From Candidatus Azotimanducaceae bacterium (lineage in GTDB: Bacteria; Pseudomonadota; Gammaproteobacteria; Pseudomonadales; Azotimanducaceae): a stretch of DNA of 64,000 nt. Shown here in pieces: positions 1 through 7,726 of this stretch (positions are counted from its first letter, which is position 1; every line of letters starts with the position of its first letter). The notes under the pieces were generated by a model. The model saw only the letters and a program-made list of their open reading frames with translations, ran no database searches and was not told the origin of the DNA. Made by a program: the position numbers and the translations under genes. Where the stretch lies: NCBI GenBank assembly GCA_965220235.1, contig CBDCPL010000001.1, positions 70-64,069 on the forward strand. The letters are read 5' to 3'.

Positions 1-1124
1 TGTTCAAGCGAGTCCTCCGTGCCGTAGAACCCGACATTGCATTGTTGGTCGGTCAAGCGTGCGAGGGAGGCTTTGCGGTTGGGTAGGTGTGCCTTGTACG
101 GTGCGCGTGTGAGTTGAGCGGCGATGGTCAGGGCGAGTGTTGATTTGAAGCATCCTGCCTTGCCCGCGAGTATGGAGATCATGCCGCGCGGAATCATGTC
201 CTGCCAAAGCCATTCGATCTCTTTGGTCTCGACTTGATCGAGGCTGATGGAGTCGTCGTTGGCGATGGGGATGACATTGGTCTGGACGACTTGCTCGGTG
301 CGAAAGGCGTGGTCGCCATCGTTGAGTGCGCCCTGAAAGGTGGCTTCGGTTTCGGCGACCGGGTTATCGGGTGCGACCTCGTGATAGGCGGCGAAGAACT
401 GGTCTCGGTGTTGTTCGACCTCTGCTTTGAGTCCGCGCTTGGCGAGGGAGAAGATGGTTCGGTTGAAGACATCTCGTCTGCGTCCAGTAGGTGCTGACCT
501 TATTTGGTCGAGTGCGCCGTCGATACGCGTTTCGAGAAACGAGTCGATTTCGTGTTTAGTGAGGGCGGGCGGTTTTTGCTTTCGCTCTGGTAGCCTGAGT
601 ACGTCTGTGAGGACACTGCTCAGGCGTTCGAGGGAGGGTGGATCGTGGCGGTCGAGGGCTTGGAAGTCGTTCCAATAGTCCTCGCGCCTCATGTTGATCA
701 CGCCGGTGTCGTATCGGAGTTCGCCGCTGATCTGTTTGTATTGCCATTGATAGATGTCGATGGCGCTGGATTCGCCTGCCTTCCAGTAGCGGATGGGGGC
801 GGGGATCCAGATATGATAGCCTTTGGTGTTGCCGCCTACGACTTGGACTTCGACTTGTATTTCGCGTTCGATCTCGGTGCCGAGTTCGGCAACCAGATTG
901 AGACCTGCTTCGTTCTCCCAGTCTAGCGGTTCGCCGTTGAATGTGTCAACATCGAGGACTAGGAATCCAGTGCTGGCGGGGACGACTGCAAGGGCGCCGT
1001 TGTTCGCCCGCACGGACTTGACGCGGTCGGAGTCGCACATGCGACTTGCCCACGATCCCTGATTGCCCTGCGATATGTCGATGATTTGCCATTGCTGGTC
1101 GTACCAGAAATAGTCGAGCGCCAT
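1..1124 (-). CDS. Primase-polymerase (PrimPol) fused to a P-loop RepA/DnaB-like (AAA_25-type) helicase. This is the N-terminal ~374 aa; the ORF runs off the left window edge.
   Basis: My own minus-strand translation from ATG 1124; the ORF is absent from the track because it has no stop in the window. It begins MALDYFWYDQQW. PrimPol-like motifs are FLVLDVDTFNG and KGYHIWIP. Walker A (ILAGKAGCFKSTLAL) is encoded near nt 110-170. The ATG overlaps the upstream RHH stop (TAATG). Confidence 0.8.
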   Translation of the reverse strand, partial: MALDYFWYDQQWQIIDISQGNQGSWASRMCDSDRVKSVRANNGALAVVPASTGFLVLDVDTFNGEPLDWENEAGLNLVAELGTEIEREIQVEVQVVGGNTKGYHIWIPAPIRYWKAGESSAIDIYQWQYKQISGELRYDTGVINMRREDYWNDFQALDRHDPPSLERLSSVLTDVLRLPERKQKPPALTKHEIDSFLETRIDGALDQIRSAPTGRRRDVFNRTIFSLAKRGLKAEVEQHRDQFFAAYHEVAPDNPVAETEATFQGALNDGDHAFRTEQVVQTNVIPIANDDSISLDQVETKEIEWLWQDMIPRGMISILAGKAGCFKSTLALTIAAQLTRAPYKAHLPNRKASLARLTDQQCNVGFYGTEDSLE

Positions 1125-1366
1125 TAACCAGTGACTTGCAGGCTGTCGGCAATCGGTTGCTTGGACTTTTCGACCTCGTCTTCGAGGCGGTCGATCTCTT
1201 TGATCAAGCCCTTGCGGACGATGTAACTCATTGGCACCTGATAGTGTGCGGACACGGCTTCTACGCGTTCGAGCAGGTCGTTCGGCAGTCGAATACCGAA
1301 GTTGCGCATGTGCTGTTTATTCACCTGTGTTGTCTCCGTGAGTTGAAAAATGGGTGATTTGCGCAT
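1124..1366 (-). CDS. Ribbon-helix-helix (CopG/Arc-type) DNA-binding protein. An alternative start lies at 1309.
   Basis: The segment MRNFGIRLPNDLLERVEAVSAHYQVPMSYIVRKGLIKEI fits a beta-strand/helix/helix RHH pattern. The upstream part of the listed 117-aa ORF is AT-rich promoter DNA. Confidence 0.6.
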   Translation of the reverse strand: MRKSPIFQLTETTQVNKQHMRNFGIRLPNDLLERVEAVSAHYQVPMSYIVRKGLIKEIDRLEDEVEKSKQPIADSLQVTG

Positions 1367-1397
1367 TATAAACTTGTATGGCGAATTTTTATATTGC

Positions 1398-1425
1398 TTG
1401 ACATTTTTAGCAAAATGCTTAAAAT
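1398..1425 (+). promoter_or_regulatory. Sigma70-type early promoter, TTGACA-16 nt-TAAAAT
   Basis: TTGACA lies at 1398-1403 and TAAAAT at 1420-1425, in the divergent gap between the minus-strand RHH gene and the plus-strand operon. It shares the GCTTGAC context with the promoters at 6280, 8317 and 50786. Confidence 0.6.
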
Positions 1426-1469
1426 GCGATGTAGGCTCAGATGTCTGAGTTGATCGAAAGGAGAAAGAA

Positions 1470-1658
1470 ATGAGCAAGCTAATTCAGTTTGTGCCGGCTG
1501 ATCCGGGCGAATACGATGTTGTCTATGGTGGCAACGTCGTCGCTGGGTGTCGCTGGAATCACGCCTCCGACCAAATGGAAATGTGGATGGCGGCTTACAG
1601 TTCGCCGTTCGTAGCACCAGTCGGATCGGGCGTGAATGTGGGAAGCCACTTTTGGTAG
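1470..1658 (+). CDS. hypothetical protein
   Basis: The ATG is preceded by GAAAGGAGAAAG. This is the first ORF after the promoter. Confidence 0.6.
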   Translation: MSKLIQFVPADPGEYDVVYGGNVVAGCRWNHASDQMEMWMAAYSSPFVAPVGSGVNVGSHFW

Positions 1659-1815
1659 GCGACCAACGCGGTATGTCATTATCGAGGAGGCGAAGGCGAA
1701 CGGCGATCCGTTGTTCATCGTTTGCTTCGGTGCGCGTGTTCTCGCTTACAGTGACTCGCTCGATGAGGCGAAACAATACATCACCGCCAAGATTGAGGAG
1801 GAGGGCGTGATATGA
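1636..1815 (+). CDS. hypothetical small protein (59 aa, below the ORF-track size cut-off)
   Basis: My own translation: MWEATFGRRPTRYVIIEEAKANGDPLFIVCFGARVLAYSDSLDEAKQYITAKIEEEGVI. It fills an otherwise empty gap, and its stop overlaps the next ATG (ATATGA). Confidence 0.4.
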   Translation: MWEATFGRRPTRYVIIEEAKANGDPLFIVCFGARVLAYSDSLDEAKQYITAKIEEEGVI

Positions 1816-2132
1816 AGTACATGTTGGCATGGAAAGTAGGGGGCATGAACGAATTGATGCTCACCTATGCAGACAATCACATTCCGCAGAGGGCGTTCGG
1901 TCGAATTAAAGCCGTGCCGGAACCGGGGGGTTCCGACCTCTGCTTCGATGCGACCTTGATCGTACCAGAAGCCGATGGAAAGAAGTACACGGACATCAGT
2001 TTAGGTAAATTCCAATACGCCTCTACGGCGATAAAGAGCGTGAACGATGAGATCCATAAGGTATACGGTAACCGCGAAATTGATCCTCATGTGTGGGGTG
2101 CGATGAGCTGGTATGGTGGCGGTGATGCATAG
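1812..2132 (+). CDS. hypothetical protein
   Basis: 106-aa ORF, translationally coupled to its neighbours. Confidence 0.6.
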   Translation: MKYMLAWKVGGMNELMLTYADNHIPQRAFGRIKAVPEPGGSDLCFDATLIVPEADGKKYTDISLGKFQYASTAIKSVNDEIHKVYGNREIDPHVWGAMSWYGGGDA

Positions 2133-2379
2133 AGACGAATGGCTACTGGAATGGGGGGCTTATGGCACCCGAGACGCAGACGATCAAATGGTAGTAGGAG
2201 ATACCATGCCAGATTTAGACACCGTGCGTGAATTATTGCTACCGAAGTTGCGGGAGTACAGAGATAAGAACGAGGTTCAGGGAGCGGACAGAGAATTTGA
2301 TCTGTGGTACAGATTAACGCAGCGCAAGATGCGAGGAGTCATGTGGTTTACAGGCGACGAATTGGTATGTCTGACATGA
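2113..2379 (+). CDS. hypothetical protein, paralogue of 2590..2847
   Basis: It shares LEWxxxGxxDDQ and WYRxTQxxxxGxMxxTxxEL with 2590..2847. Confidence 0.55.
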   Translation: MVAVMHRDEWLLEWGAYGTRDADDQMVVGDTMPDLDTVRELLLPKLREYRDKNEVQGADREFDLWYRLTQRKMRGVMWFTGDELVCLT

Positions 2380-2621
2380 GCGAGTTGCGGTGGTCGAAAG
2401 ACACGGAGATGAATTACGATTGGGTTTGCACGCCCGACGGCTATCCGACCTTGAGAGCGTTCAAGATTAGATATTTCTCAGGCCCAGCAGTAGGTCGATG
2501 GGCGGTCGATTGGCAACCGATAGGAAACGCCTTGATCACACCTCGAGTTTATGGTCGCACGAGGTCATCGGCGGCTCAATTAGCTATGCGTGTTATTGAC
2601 GGCGAGCGAGGTGTCGTATGA
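2376..2621 (+). CDS. hypothetical protein
   Basis: The ATG at 2376 overlaps the upstream stop (ATGA). The track ORF starting at 2304 is probably over-extended. Confidence 0.5.
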   Translation: MSELRWSKDTEMNYDWVCTPDGYPTLRAFKIRYFSGPAVGRWAVDWQPIGNALITPRVYGRTRSSAAQLAMRVIDGERGVV

Positions 2622-2847
2622 GCAAGCCGTGGAGTGGATGGTCGAGTTTGGTATTGACGACCAGGTATTCGAGCCATTTTTCATCAAGTATTCGGGTTCT
2701 GCTGAGCCGCCGAAGTCGAGGTTTCGCAAGCCAATTGTGCGCGAGTTGAAGTCATGCGGTTACGAGCATGACGTTGAAATTTGGTATCGAGTGACACAGC
2801 ATGGGTGTCACGGCGACATGCTCATTACGACAGAGGAATTGGCGTGA
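2590..2847 (+). CDS. hypothetical protein, paralogue of 2113..2379; start uncertain
   Basis: The C-terminal VEIWYRVTQHGCHGDMLITTEELA aligns with FDLWYRLTQRKMRGVMWFTGDELV. Confidence 0.5.
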   Translation: MLLTASEVSYEQAVEWMVEFGIDDQVFEPFFIKYSGSAEPPKSRFRKPIVRELKSCGYEHDVEIWYRVTQHGCHGDMLITTEELA

Positions 2848-3053
2848 GTCGCCGCCATCGTAAAGAGGTGGAAAAGAATGGATTGTGTCGAGATTGTCAA
2901 TCACCACGCGGGGACCGAAGGCCAACACATGGAAAGAGATGTGATAGATGTTGGTTTTACCACTTGCTGAGAAAACGAAAAGGGGAAGTGACTCCCGGCG
3001 GATATGTCAAACACGCCTCTGCCCAGTACAAAAAAGCATGGTATGAGGATTGA
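2844..3053 (+). CDS. small zinc-ribbon-like protein
   Basis: The GTG at 2844 overlaps the upstream TGA and follows GAGGA. The protein carries CRDC...CDRC cysteine pairs. Confidence 0.5.
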   Translation: MSRRHRKEVEKNGLCRDCQSPRGDRRPTHGKRCDRCWFYHLLRKRKGEVTPGGYVKHASAQYKKAWYED

Positions 3054-3057
3054 ATCA

Positions 3058-3603
3058 ATGGCTGGGAAAAGAAAGGATACAGATAAACCCTCTATAGCTA
3101 ACGACCCAAGATTAGAAAAGTGGCTATTTGATAATGTTTCAAAAAAAGATAGATTCCGGTATGGAATGGCGTACACACCCAAAGCAGTCACTCAATTCAT
3201 GGCGAGATCAACACTTAGTCAAGCGAGAAAGAACGGGTTGATTGAACGACTGAACGATGGTCGTGAGTACCTACCAGTCCTCGAACCGTTCGCCGGGATC
3301 GGAATCATGGTCGAAGACATGTCAGAGGTATTCGTGGAACAAGGTGTCCTACCATGTGTGGTTGCGTACGAGTTGAACGGGTTGGCAGCGAAAGAATGTC
3401 AAAGACGTAATCCTCACGCCTACGTGGTCAATACCGATACCTTCCAGACTCCAACGAACGTGATGGAGATGTGGGAGTCAGCATTTGTTGCTCACTTCAT
3501 CCTATCACACAATCATCCAGATTGGGACTTACCACGTCCACGATTCAAGGGACATTTTCACCCAGAAACTGAACATCAACAAGGAGACCCCATCATTGAG
3601 TAA
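3058..3603 (+). CDS. SAM-dependent (N6-adenine gamma-type-like) methyltransferase-like protein. No canonical NPPY motif, so it may be degenerate.
   Basis: YTPKAVTQFMA precedes motif I (VLEPFAGIGIM), a motif II-like VVAYELN and a motif III-like VVNTDTF. Only NHPDW sits where (N/D)PP(Y/F/W) is expected. The ATG at 3058 follows GAGGA. Confidence 0.45.
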   Translation: MAGKRKDTDKPSIANDPRLEKWLFDNVSKKDRFRYGMAYTPKAVTQFMARSTLSQARKNGLIERLNDGREYLPVLEPFAGIGIMVEDMSEVFVEQGVLPCVVAYELNGLAAKECQRRNPHAYVVNTDTFQTPTNVMEMWESAFVAHFILSHNHPDWDLPRPRFKGHFHPETEHQQGDPIIE

Positions 3604-3732
3604 ATCGAAAGAAAATCAACACGCAAAGAGGAAGCGTGAGAAGAAACGAGCAAACAAACAACAAAGATAAGGGAATTACATGGTAACGCCGGTTGGCTAT
3701 GTAGCGGGGATGACATCAGGAGGATTTAAGCA

Positions 3733-4884
3733 GTGTTGACAGCGCCGTTCCCGTACTACGGTGGCAAAAGACGCTACGTCGAGACGGTCTGGACTCGATT
3801 CGGACATCCTAAGAGATACATAGAGCCCTTTTGTGGGTCTATGGCGATACTACTAGGATCTCCACACATAACATCATTCGAGATCGTATCTGACATCAAT
3901 GGATACATCTGTAATTTCTGGCGATCCATCATCCACGATCCCGAAAAAACCGCGTACTACGCTCAATACCCAACCATCCATGACGATCTCACATCCAGAC
4001 AATCAGTCCTCTACGACTGGAGAACCAAACATCGTGAGCGACTAATCGAGGATAACGACTTTTACGATGCAAAGATAGCAGGATGGTGGGTGTGGGGTAC
4101 ATCCAATTGGATCGGACCACTCTACGCAGAACCAAGGAACACATCGAACAAGTTTGATGACTCAAGACCATACGTGTCAATACGAGGTAGTGGTCAAGGT
4201 AGTCATGTGGAGCGAGAATCATTTTACGCAAAAAAACCACATGTTCACGTGTCTGGACATGGACAAGGGACACAAATTCAACGCAAGGAGTTTAGTACTA
4301 AACGACCACTGACACACCACATTGGAGTAGGTGTCCAACTCCAACACTCCGATCCAAAATCGGGCAGACCACACGCAAAATCATCTGGAGGTGGTCAAGG
4401 TGTCCAATTACAATCCACTAAGCGAGACCCTATTGACATACCAAGTTGGCAGTCTCGAGACATTTACGACTGGTTCGATGTCCTATCAAGACGACTAGCT
4501 AAAGTGGTCGTATTCAATCGTGAGTGGACATCTTTCATATCACCTACCGTCCTAGGTAATACCACGAAAGTCGAAAGTGATACAGCCCTATTCCTCGATC
4601 CACCCTATCGACAAGACAACGATAGATCGAGACTCTACAAATCAGATGACGATGGTCAATCACATGATGTAGCTATCGAGTCGTACAACTGGTCAGTAGA
4701 AAATGGAGACGACTACAAGATAGCGTACTGTTGTCATCAAGACGACTTCGAGATACCACCGGGTTGGACTAGTGAGATCATGTCGTTCGGTGGAGTGAGG
4801 AAACAAGATCGTAGATCCAAACAAGATATGATCATGTTCAGTCCTCGATGCACCCAGCCTGAACAAGACTCGCTGTTCGATTGA
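3733..4884 (+). CDS. Dam-family (D12-class) N6-adenine DNA methyltransferase with an internal tandem-repeat insertion
   Basis: FPYYGGKRRY...YIEPFCGSMAILLG is the Dam N-terminal/motif I pattern, and FLDPPY is motif IV. The GTG start follows AGGAGG. About 83 aa of GxGQG-type repeats lie between the motifs. Confidence 0.75.
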   Translation: MLTAPFPYYGGKRRYVETVWTRFGHPKRYIEPFCGSMAILLGSPHITSFEIVSDINGYICNFWRSIIHDPEKTAYYAQYPTIHDDLTSRQSVLYDWRTKHRERLIEDNDFYDAKIAGWWVWGTSNWIGPLYAEPRNTSNKFDDSRPYVSIRGSGQGSHVERESFYAKKPHVHVSGHGQGTQIQRKEFSTKRPLTHHIGVGVQLQHSDPKSGRPHAKSSGGGQGVQLQSTKRDPIDIPSWQSRDIYDWFDVLSRRLAKVVVFNREWTSFISPTVLGNTTKVESDTALFLDPPYRQDNDRSRLYKSDDDGQSHDVAIESYNWSVENGDDYKIAYCCHQDDFEIPPGWTSEIMSFGGVRKQDRRSKQDMIMFSPRCTQPEQDSLFD

Positions 4885-5329
4885 GAACTCGCATTTTGGT
4901 CGGCGATGCGCTCAAAACGCTCGCGCAAATACCTGACAGTTCGGTGCAGTGCGTGATTACTTCGCCGCCGTATTGGGGGCAGCGGACATACCAACTGACT
5001 GAGTGGATTGGCGGGGATCCGCAATGCGAGCATCTCGGTAAGCCGATGCGCGGAGAGAACGCTCCGCAGGCGTGGAATCGCCCGTCTCGCCTAGCTAATC
5101 CGAGACAACCCGTATGTCAGTTCTGCGGCGCGGTGGAAGAGGTGGTCGAAGGCGGTATCGGTATGAGACCATCTTTCGCTCTCATCCGCCTAGCGATGTA
5201 CTGGTGTTCGTGAATCGGGTAGCAATGGTCGAAGGTCGTTATGTTGCTGATGCAACATCTGCAACTTGCTATGCGTGGTTCGTATGGCGCGAAGGAGCGG
5301 CTGGCGCGCAGTTGCACTGGTTGGCTTAG
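4881..5329 (+). pseudogene. Remnant of a beta-class N4/N6 DNA methyltransferase (N-terminal fragment plus a frame-shifted tail)
   Basis: MRTRILVGDALKTLAQIPDSSVQCVITSPPYWGQ is a typical N-terminus with motif IV. That frame stops at 5213 with no SAM-binding FxGxG motif. A second frame (5114..5329) ends in YAWFVWREG. Confidence 0.4.
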
Positions 5330-5374
5330 AGGACGGCAGCCAAATCAAAATCTACATCAGAGCCATCATCCAGC

Positions 5375-6259
5375 GTGTCCGATAACACCAATTTAATTCT
5401 CGCCCGTCAATCCAAGTACGACGAGTTCTACACGCGGATGGTGGACATCGACAAGGAGGTGCCAGCGTATCAACGGTCGCTGCGCGGCAAACGAATTTAT
5501 TGCCCGTGCGACAATCCCCGAACAAGTAATTTCTTCAAGCATTTCGTCATCAATTTTCGACGTTATCAACTGCATTCAGTCGTGGCGAGTTGTTATTCAG
5601 GTGGAGGCAATGGGCGGTATGCGCGCTACGACCGTAGAGGCTTGATAGAGCGGTCACTCGAAGGCGATGGTGACTATCGCTCGGATGAGTGTAACAGTAT
5701 CCTCGCCGAGTCGGATGTGGTCGTCAGTAATCCACCGTTCTCTTTGGCGCGAGATTTTTTCACGTGGGTAGCCACTCATGACAAGTCTTATCTATTGATC
5801 GCGAATGTCAATCTACTTCAGACATCCGCCGTTTTCCCATCGGTGAAGGCGGGGAGATGTTGGACGGGGACGGGGAGAAGTGCAATTACATTCGAGTTCG
5901 ATGTACCTTGCGAGTACAGAAACAGCAGACTAGATGGCGGTACGTCGAGAGCGAAGTTGGACCATTTCGTGTGGCTCACGAACATGGATCACGGTAATCG
6001 TTTCATCGATCTGGAGTTGACCCGACGCTACGAGGACGGGCGCTATGACGACTACACGAATTACGATGCGATTGATGTGCCGCGTATCGCCGACATTCCA
6101 GTCGCTTACTGGGGCAAGATGGGCGTGCCTATTCATTTCTTTATTCACCATAACCCCCGGCAGTTTACGATCCACGATGTCATTTCGCCTCGATTGATTA
6201 GAGATGGTCGTGAGGTCAATATCTATTCGCGGGTCATCATCCAGCGAGTTCGACCCTAA
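5375..6259 (+). CDS. EcoRI-methylase-like adenine-specific DNA methyltransferase
   Basis: YDEFYT...KRIYCPCDNPRTSNFFKHF...GDGDYRSDE...DVVVSNPPFSL is the pattern I recognise for the EcoRI_methylase family. Confidence 0.7.
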   Translation: MSDNTNLILARQSKYDEFYTRMVDIDKEVPAYQRSLRGKRIYCPCDNPRTSNFFKHFVINFRRYQLHSVVASCYSGGGNGRYARYDRRGLIERSLEGDGDYRSDECNSILAESDVVVSNPPFSLARDFFTWVATHDKSYLLIANVNLLQTSAVFPSVKAGRCWTGTGRSAITFEFDVPCEYRNSRLDGGTSRAKLDHFVWLTNMDHGNRFIDLELTRRYEDGRYDDYTNYDAIDVPRIADIPVAYWGKMGVPIHFFIHHNPRQFTIHDVISPRLIRDGREVNIYSRVIIQRVRP

Positions 6260-6279
6260 AAATAAAGTTTTAAATTTGC

Positions 6280-6308
6280 TTGACAATTCACATATTTATA
6301 TATAAGAT
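6280..6308 (+). promoter_or_regulatory. Sigma70-type promoter TTGACA-17 nt-TAAGAT (cassette copy A)
   Basis: TTGACA lies at 6280-6285 and TAAGAT at 6303-6308, preceded by an A/T-rich UP-like tract. It is nearly identical to the copy at 8317-8345. Confidence 0.6.
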
Positions 6309-6344
6309 TAGCACCGTGCAATGGCACGAACGAAAGGAAAAACA

Positions 6345-6659
6345 ATGAGTGATAGAACTGAATCAAACCTACCTTCGGGAGTCGAGTGGCAAGAAGTTGA
6401 ATTGCTAAGAGGTAGCCCACTAGCCTGCAAACTGATGAGCATGAAAGAGGACATGGCGATCGCTGAAATCAGTTTGACTCGCCAAGACCGCTACGCTATC
6501 AGATTTATTGACCCGCATGCTGTGGGAGACAATCTGAGGTTTCAACGAAGCTATCGCACTTACTCAGACGCGAAAAGGTATGTCAATCATAAGGCTGCAA
6601 TCTACTTGGCTGATAAAGCAAACAGAGATGCCATCAAAAGATACTCGCCAAACTTCTGA
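6345..6659 (+). CDS. hypothetical protein
   Basis: The ATG at 6345 follows GAAAGGAAAAACA, the conserved leader. Confidence 0.6.
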   Translation: MSDRTESNLPSGVEWQEVELLRGSPLACKLMSMKEDMAIAEISLTRQDRYAIRFIDPHAVGDNLRFQRSYRTYSDAKRYVNHKAAIYLADKANRDAIKRYSPNF

Positions 6660-6681
6660 GTCTCAACCCTGCCCAAGCCTT

Positions 6682-6699
6682 AGCCCGCAACAGCGGGCT
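6682..6699 (+). promoter_or_regulatory. Conserved inter-ORF stem-loop (AGCCCGC-AACA-GCGGGCT), a possible weak terminator or processing site
   Basis: A perfect 7-bp stem followed by TTTGG. The counterpart at 8695-8713 carries compensatory changes. Confidence 0.4.
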
Positions 6700-6735
6700 T
6701 TGGCAGTGAAGCAACTGAACGCAAAAGGACAAACA

Positions 6736-6981
6736 ATGAGCAAATATCAAGTCAGATGGATCGAGAAAAACAGCCCCGAATACGAAAAGCCAATTTATGA
6801 ATGTCGGGCGAACGGGCGATATGTTGGCTTCTCGTATTGGTGTCCGCAGAATCAAAATGAGCGATTCTGCTGCGAATTGGACGGCAAAACGTATCGGTCT
6901 ATTTGGGGGGACACCTGCAAGATGGCGCACAGGCGGTGGCGCAAAGAAATTGTCCGCCTGCTAGAAGATGCCCCAGACTAG
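6736..6981 (+). CDS. hypothetical Cys-rich protein
   Basis: The ATG at 6736 follows AAAGGACAAACA, the conserved second leader. Confidence 0.6.
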   Translation: MSKYQVRWIEKNSPEYEKPIYECRANGRYVGFSYWCPQNQNERFCCELDGKTYRSIWGDTCKMAHRRWRKEIVRLLEDAPD

Positions 6982-7012
6982 TCGATGGATATTACCGATG
7001 GGAGAAACAGAT

Positions 7013-7198
7013 ATGAGTAAGTGGAAGCGACCTGATGAGGACTATCAGTTCCACGACAACTGGAACGAGACCATAGAGGACATCCGCGAAGTCAGTAACG
7101 AAAAACTAATTAAATGGGATCATGCTGTGTCTAATGTCGGCGACCATGAGAGTCGTGAGGTGTTGGATGAGGTCATGGAAGCGAGAGGCATCATCTAG
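7013..7198 (+). CDS. hypothetical small acidic protein
   Basis: The ATG at 7013 follows GGGAGAAACAGAT. The sequence is MSKWKRPDEDYQFHDNWNETIEDIREV... Confidence 0.5.
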   Translation: MSKWKRPDEDYQFHDNWNETIEDIREVSNEKLIKWDHAVSNVGDHESREVLDEVMEARGII

Positions 7199-7308
7199 TG
7201 GATGAGATAAATGTCAGTCGAGCAATCGTCTACATGAAATGTTGATCAGGACGATATGCCGGGCGGCGTTTAACTACGGCGTTTCGCTATCGGCGCTCGA
7301 CTTGCAAC

Positions 7309-7442
7309 GAGGAGCGTTCACGCGGGGCGCTCCTCACTTTACATTTACGTCTGGATGCTCGGCTTCAAGGCGCTACGGCATCCAGCATTTGCGAACGAGG
7401 CGGTGGACTAGTTGCAGACGAGAAAATGCAAATTAGTCCACC
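7309..7442 (+). other. Structured non-coding segment with three consecutive stem-loops. An iteron copy lies just upstream at 7294-7304.
   Basis: Hairpins: 7309-7316/7328-7335 (8 bp), 7351-7358/7378-7385 (8 bp) and 7402-7410/7434-7442 (9 bp) plus an inner 7412-7416/7427-7431 (5 bp). There is no convincing ORF or RBS. Confidence 0.45.
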
Positions 7443-7504
7443 TGACCTACTAAGCCCTATGGATACGGGAAAGTTGAGTGGGCTAGTTTGAACGGAGAAA
7501 CAAC

Positions 7505-7726
7505 ATGAGAAACAATCAAGAGCCGAACGACTACGGCTACGGTCCAGAGGATCACTATCGCAGGCTCTTTCCTGAGTCCAGGCGAAGGCGACTGCCGATA
7601 ACGCTCGACCCGTTGCCCGTGCCTTCGGAGAAGATAGGAGAAGATTCCGAAGCGTTGAGGAAGGCTTGGGAGAACATGAAGCGTCAATTTCCTCATGTTA
7701 GGAAGGAGGACAACAATGACAGTTAA
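7505..7726 (+). CDS. hypothetical protein
   Basis: The ATG follows GGAGAAACAAC. Confidence 0.55.
   Translation: MRNNQEPNDYGYGPEDHYRRLFPESRRRRLPITLDPLPVPSEKIGEDSEALRKAWENMKRQFPHVRKEDNNDS

Noticed and set aside
228-238. Extra partial iteron matches inside coding regions (CTCGACTTGAT at 228-238; AAGTCGAGCG at 38855-38864)
   Set aside because: Matches of 10-11 nt within coding DNA are close to the chance expectation for a 64-kb window on two strands. Only the 13-nt non-coding match at 7292-7304 was kept.
3485-3670. A 61-aa Lys/Arg-rich ORF overlapping the end of 3058..3603
   Set aside because: It is an alternative frame of the methyltransferase-like gene, and its tail is read from A-rich intergenic DNA. 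It has no RBS.
7239-7436. A 65-aa ORF in the structured early gap
   Set aside because: It has no SD, an Arg/Cys/Ser-rich sequence, and it spans three strong hairpins. I treated the region as non-coding.
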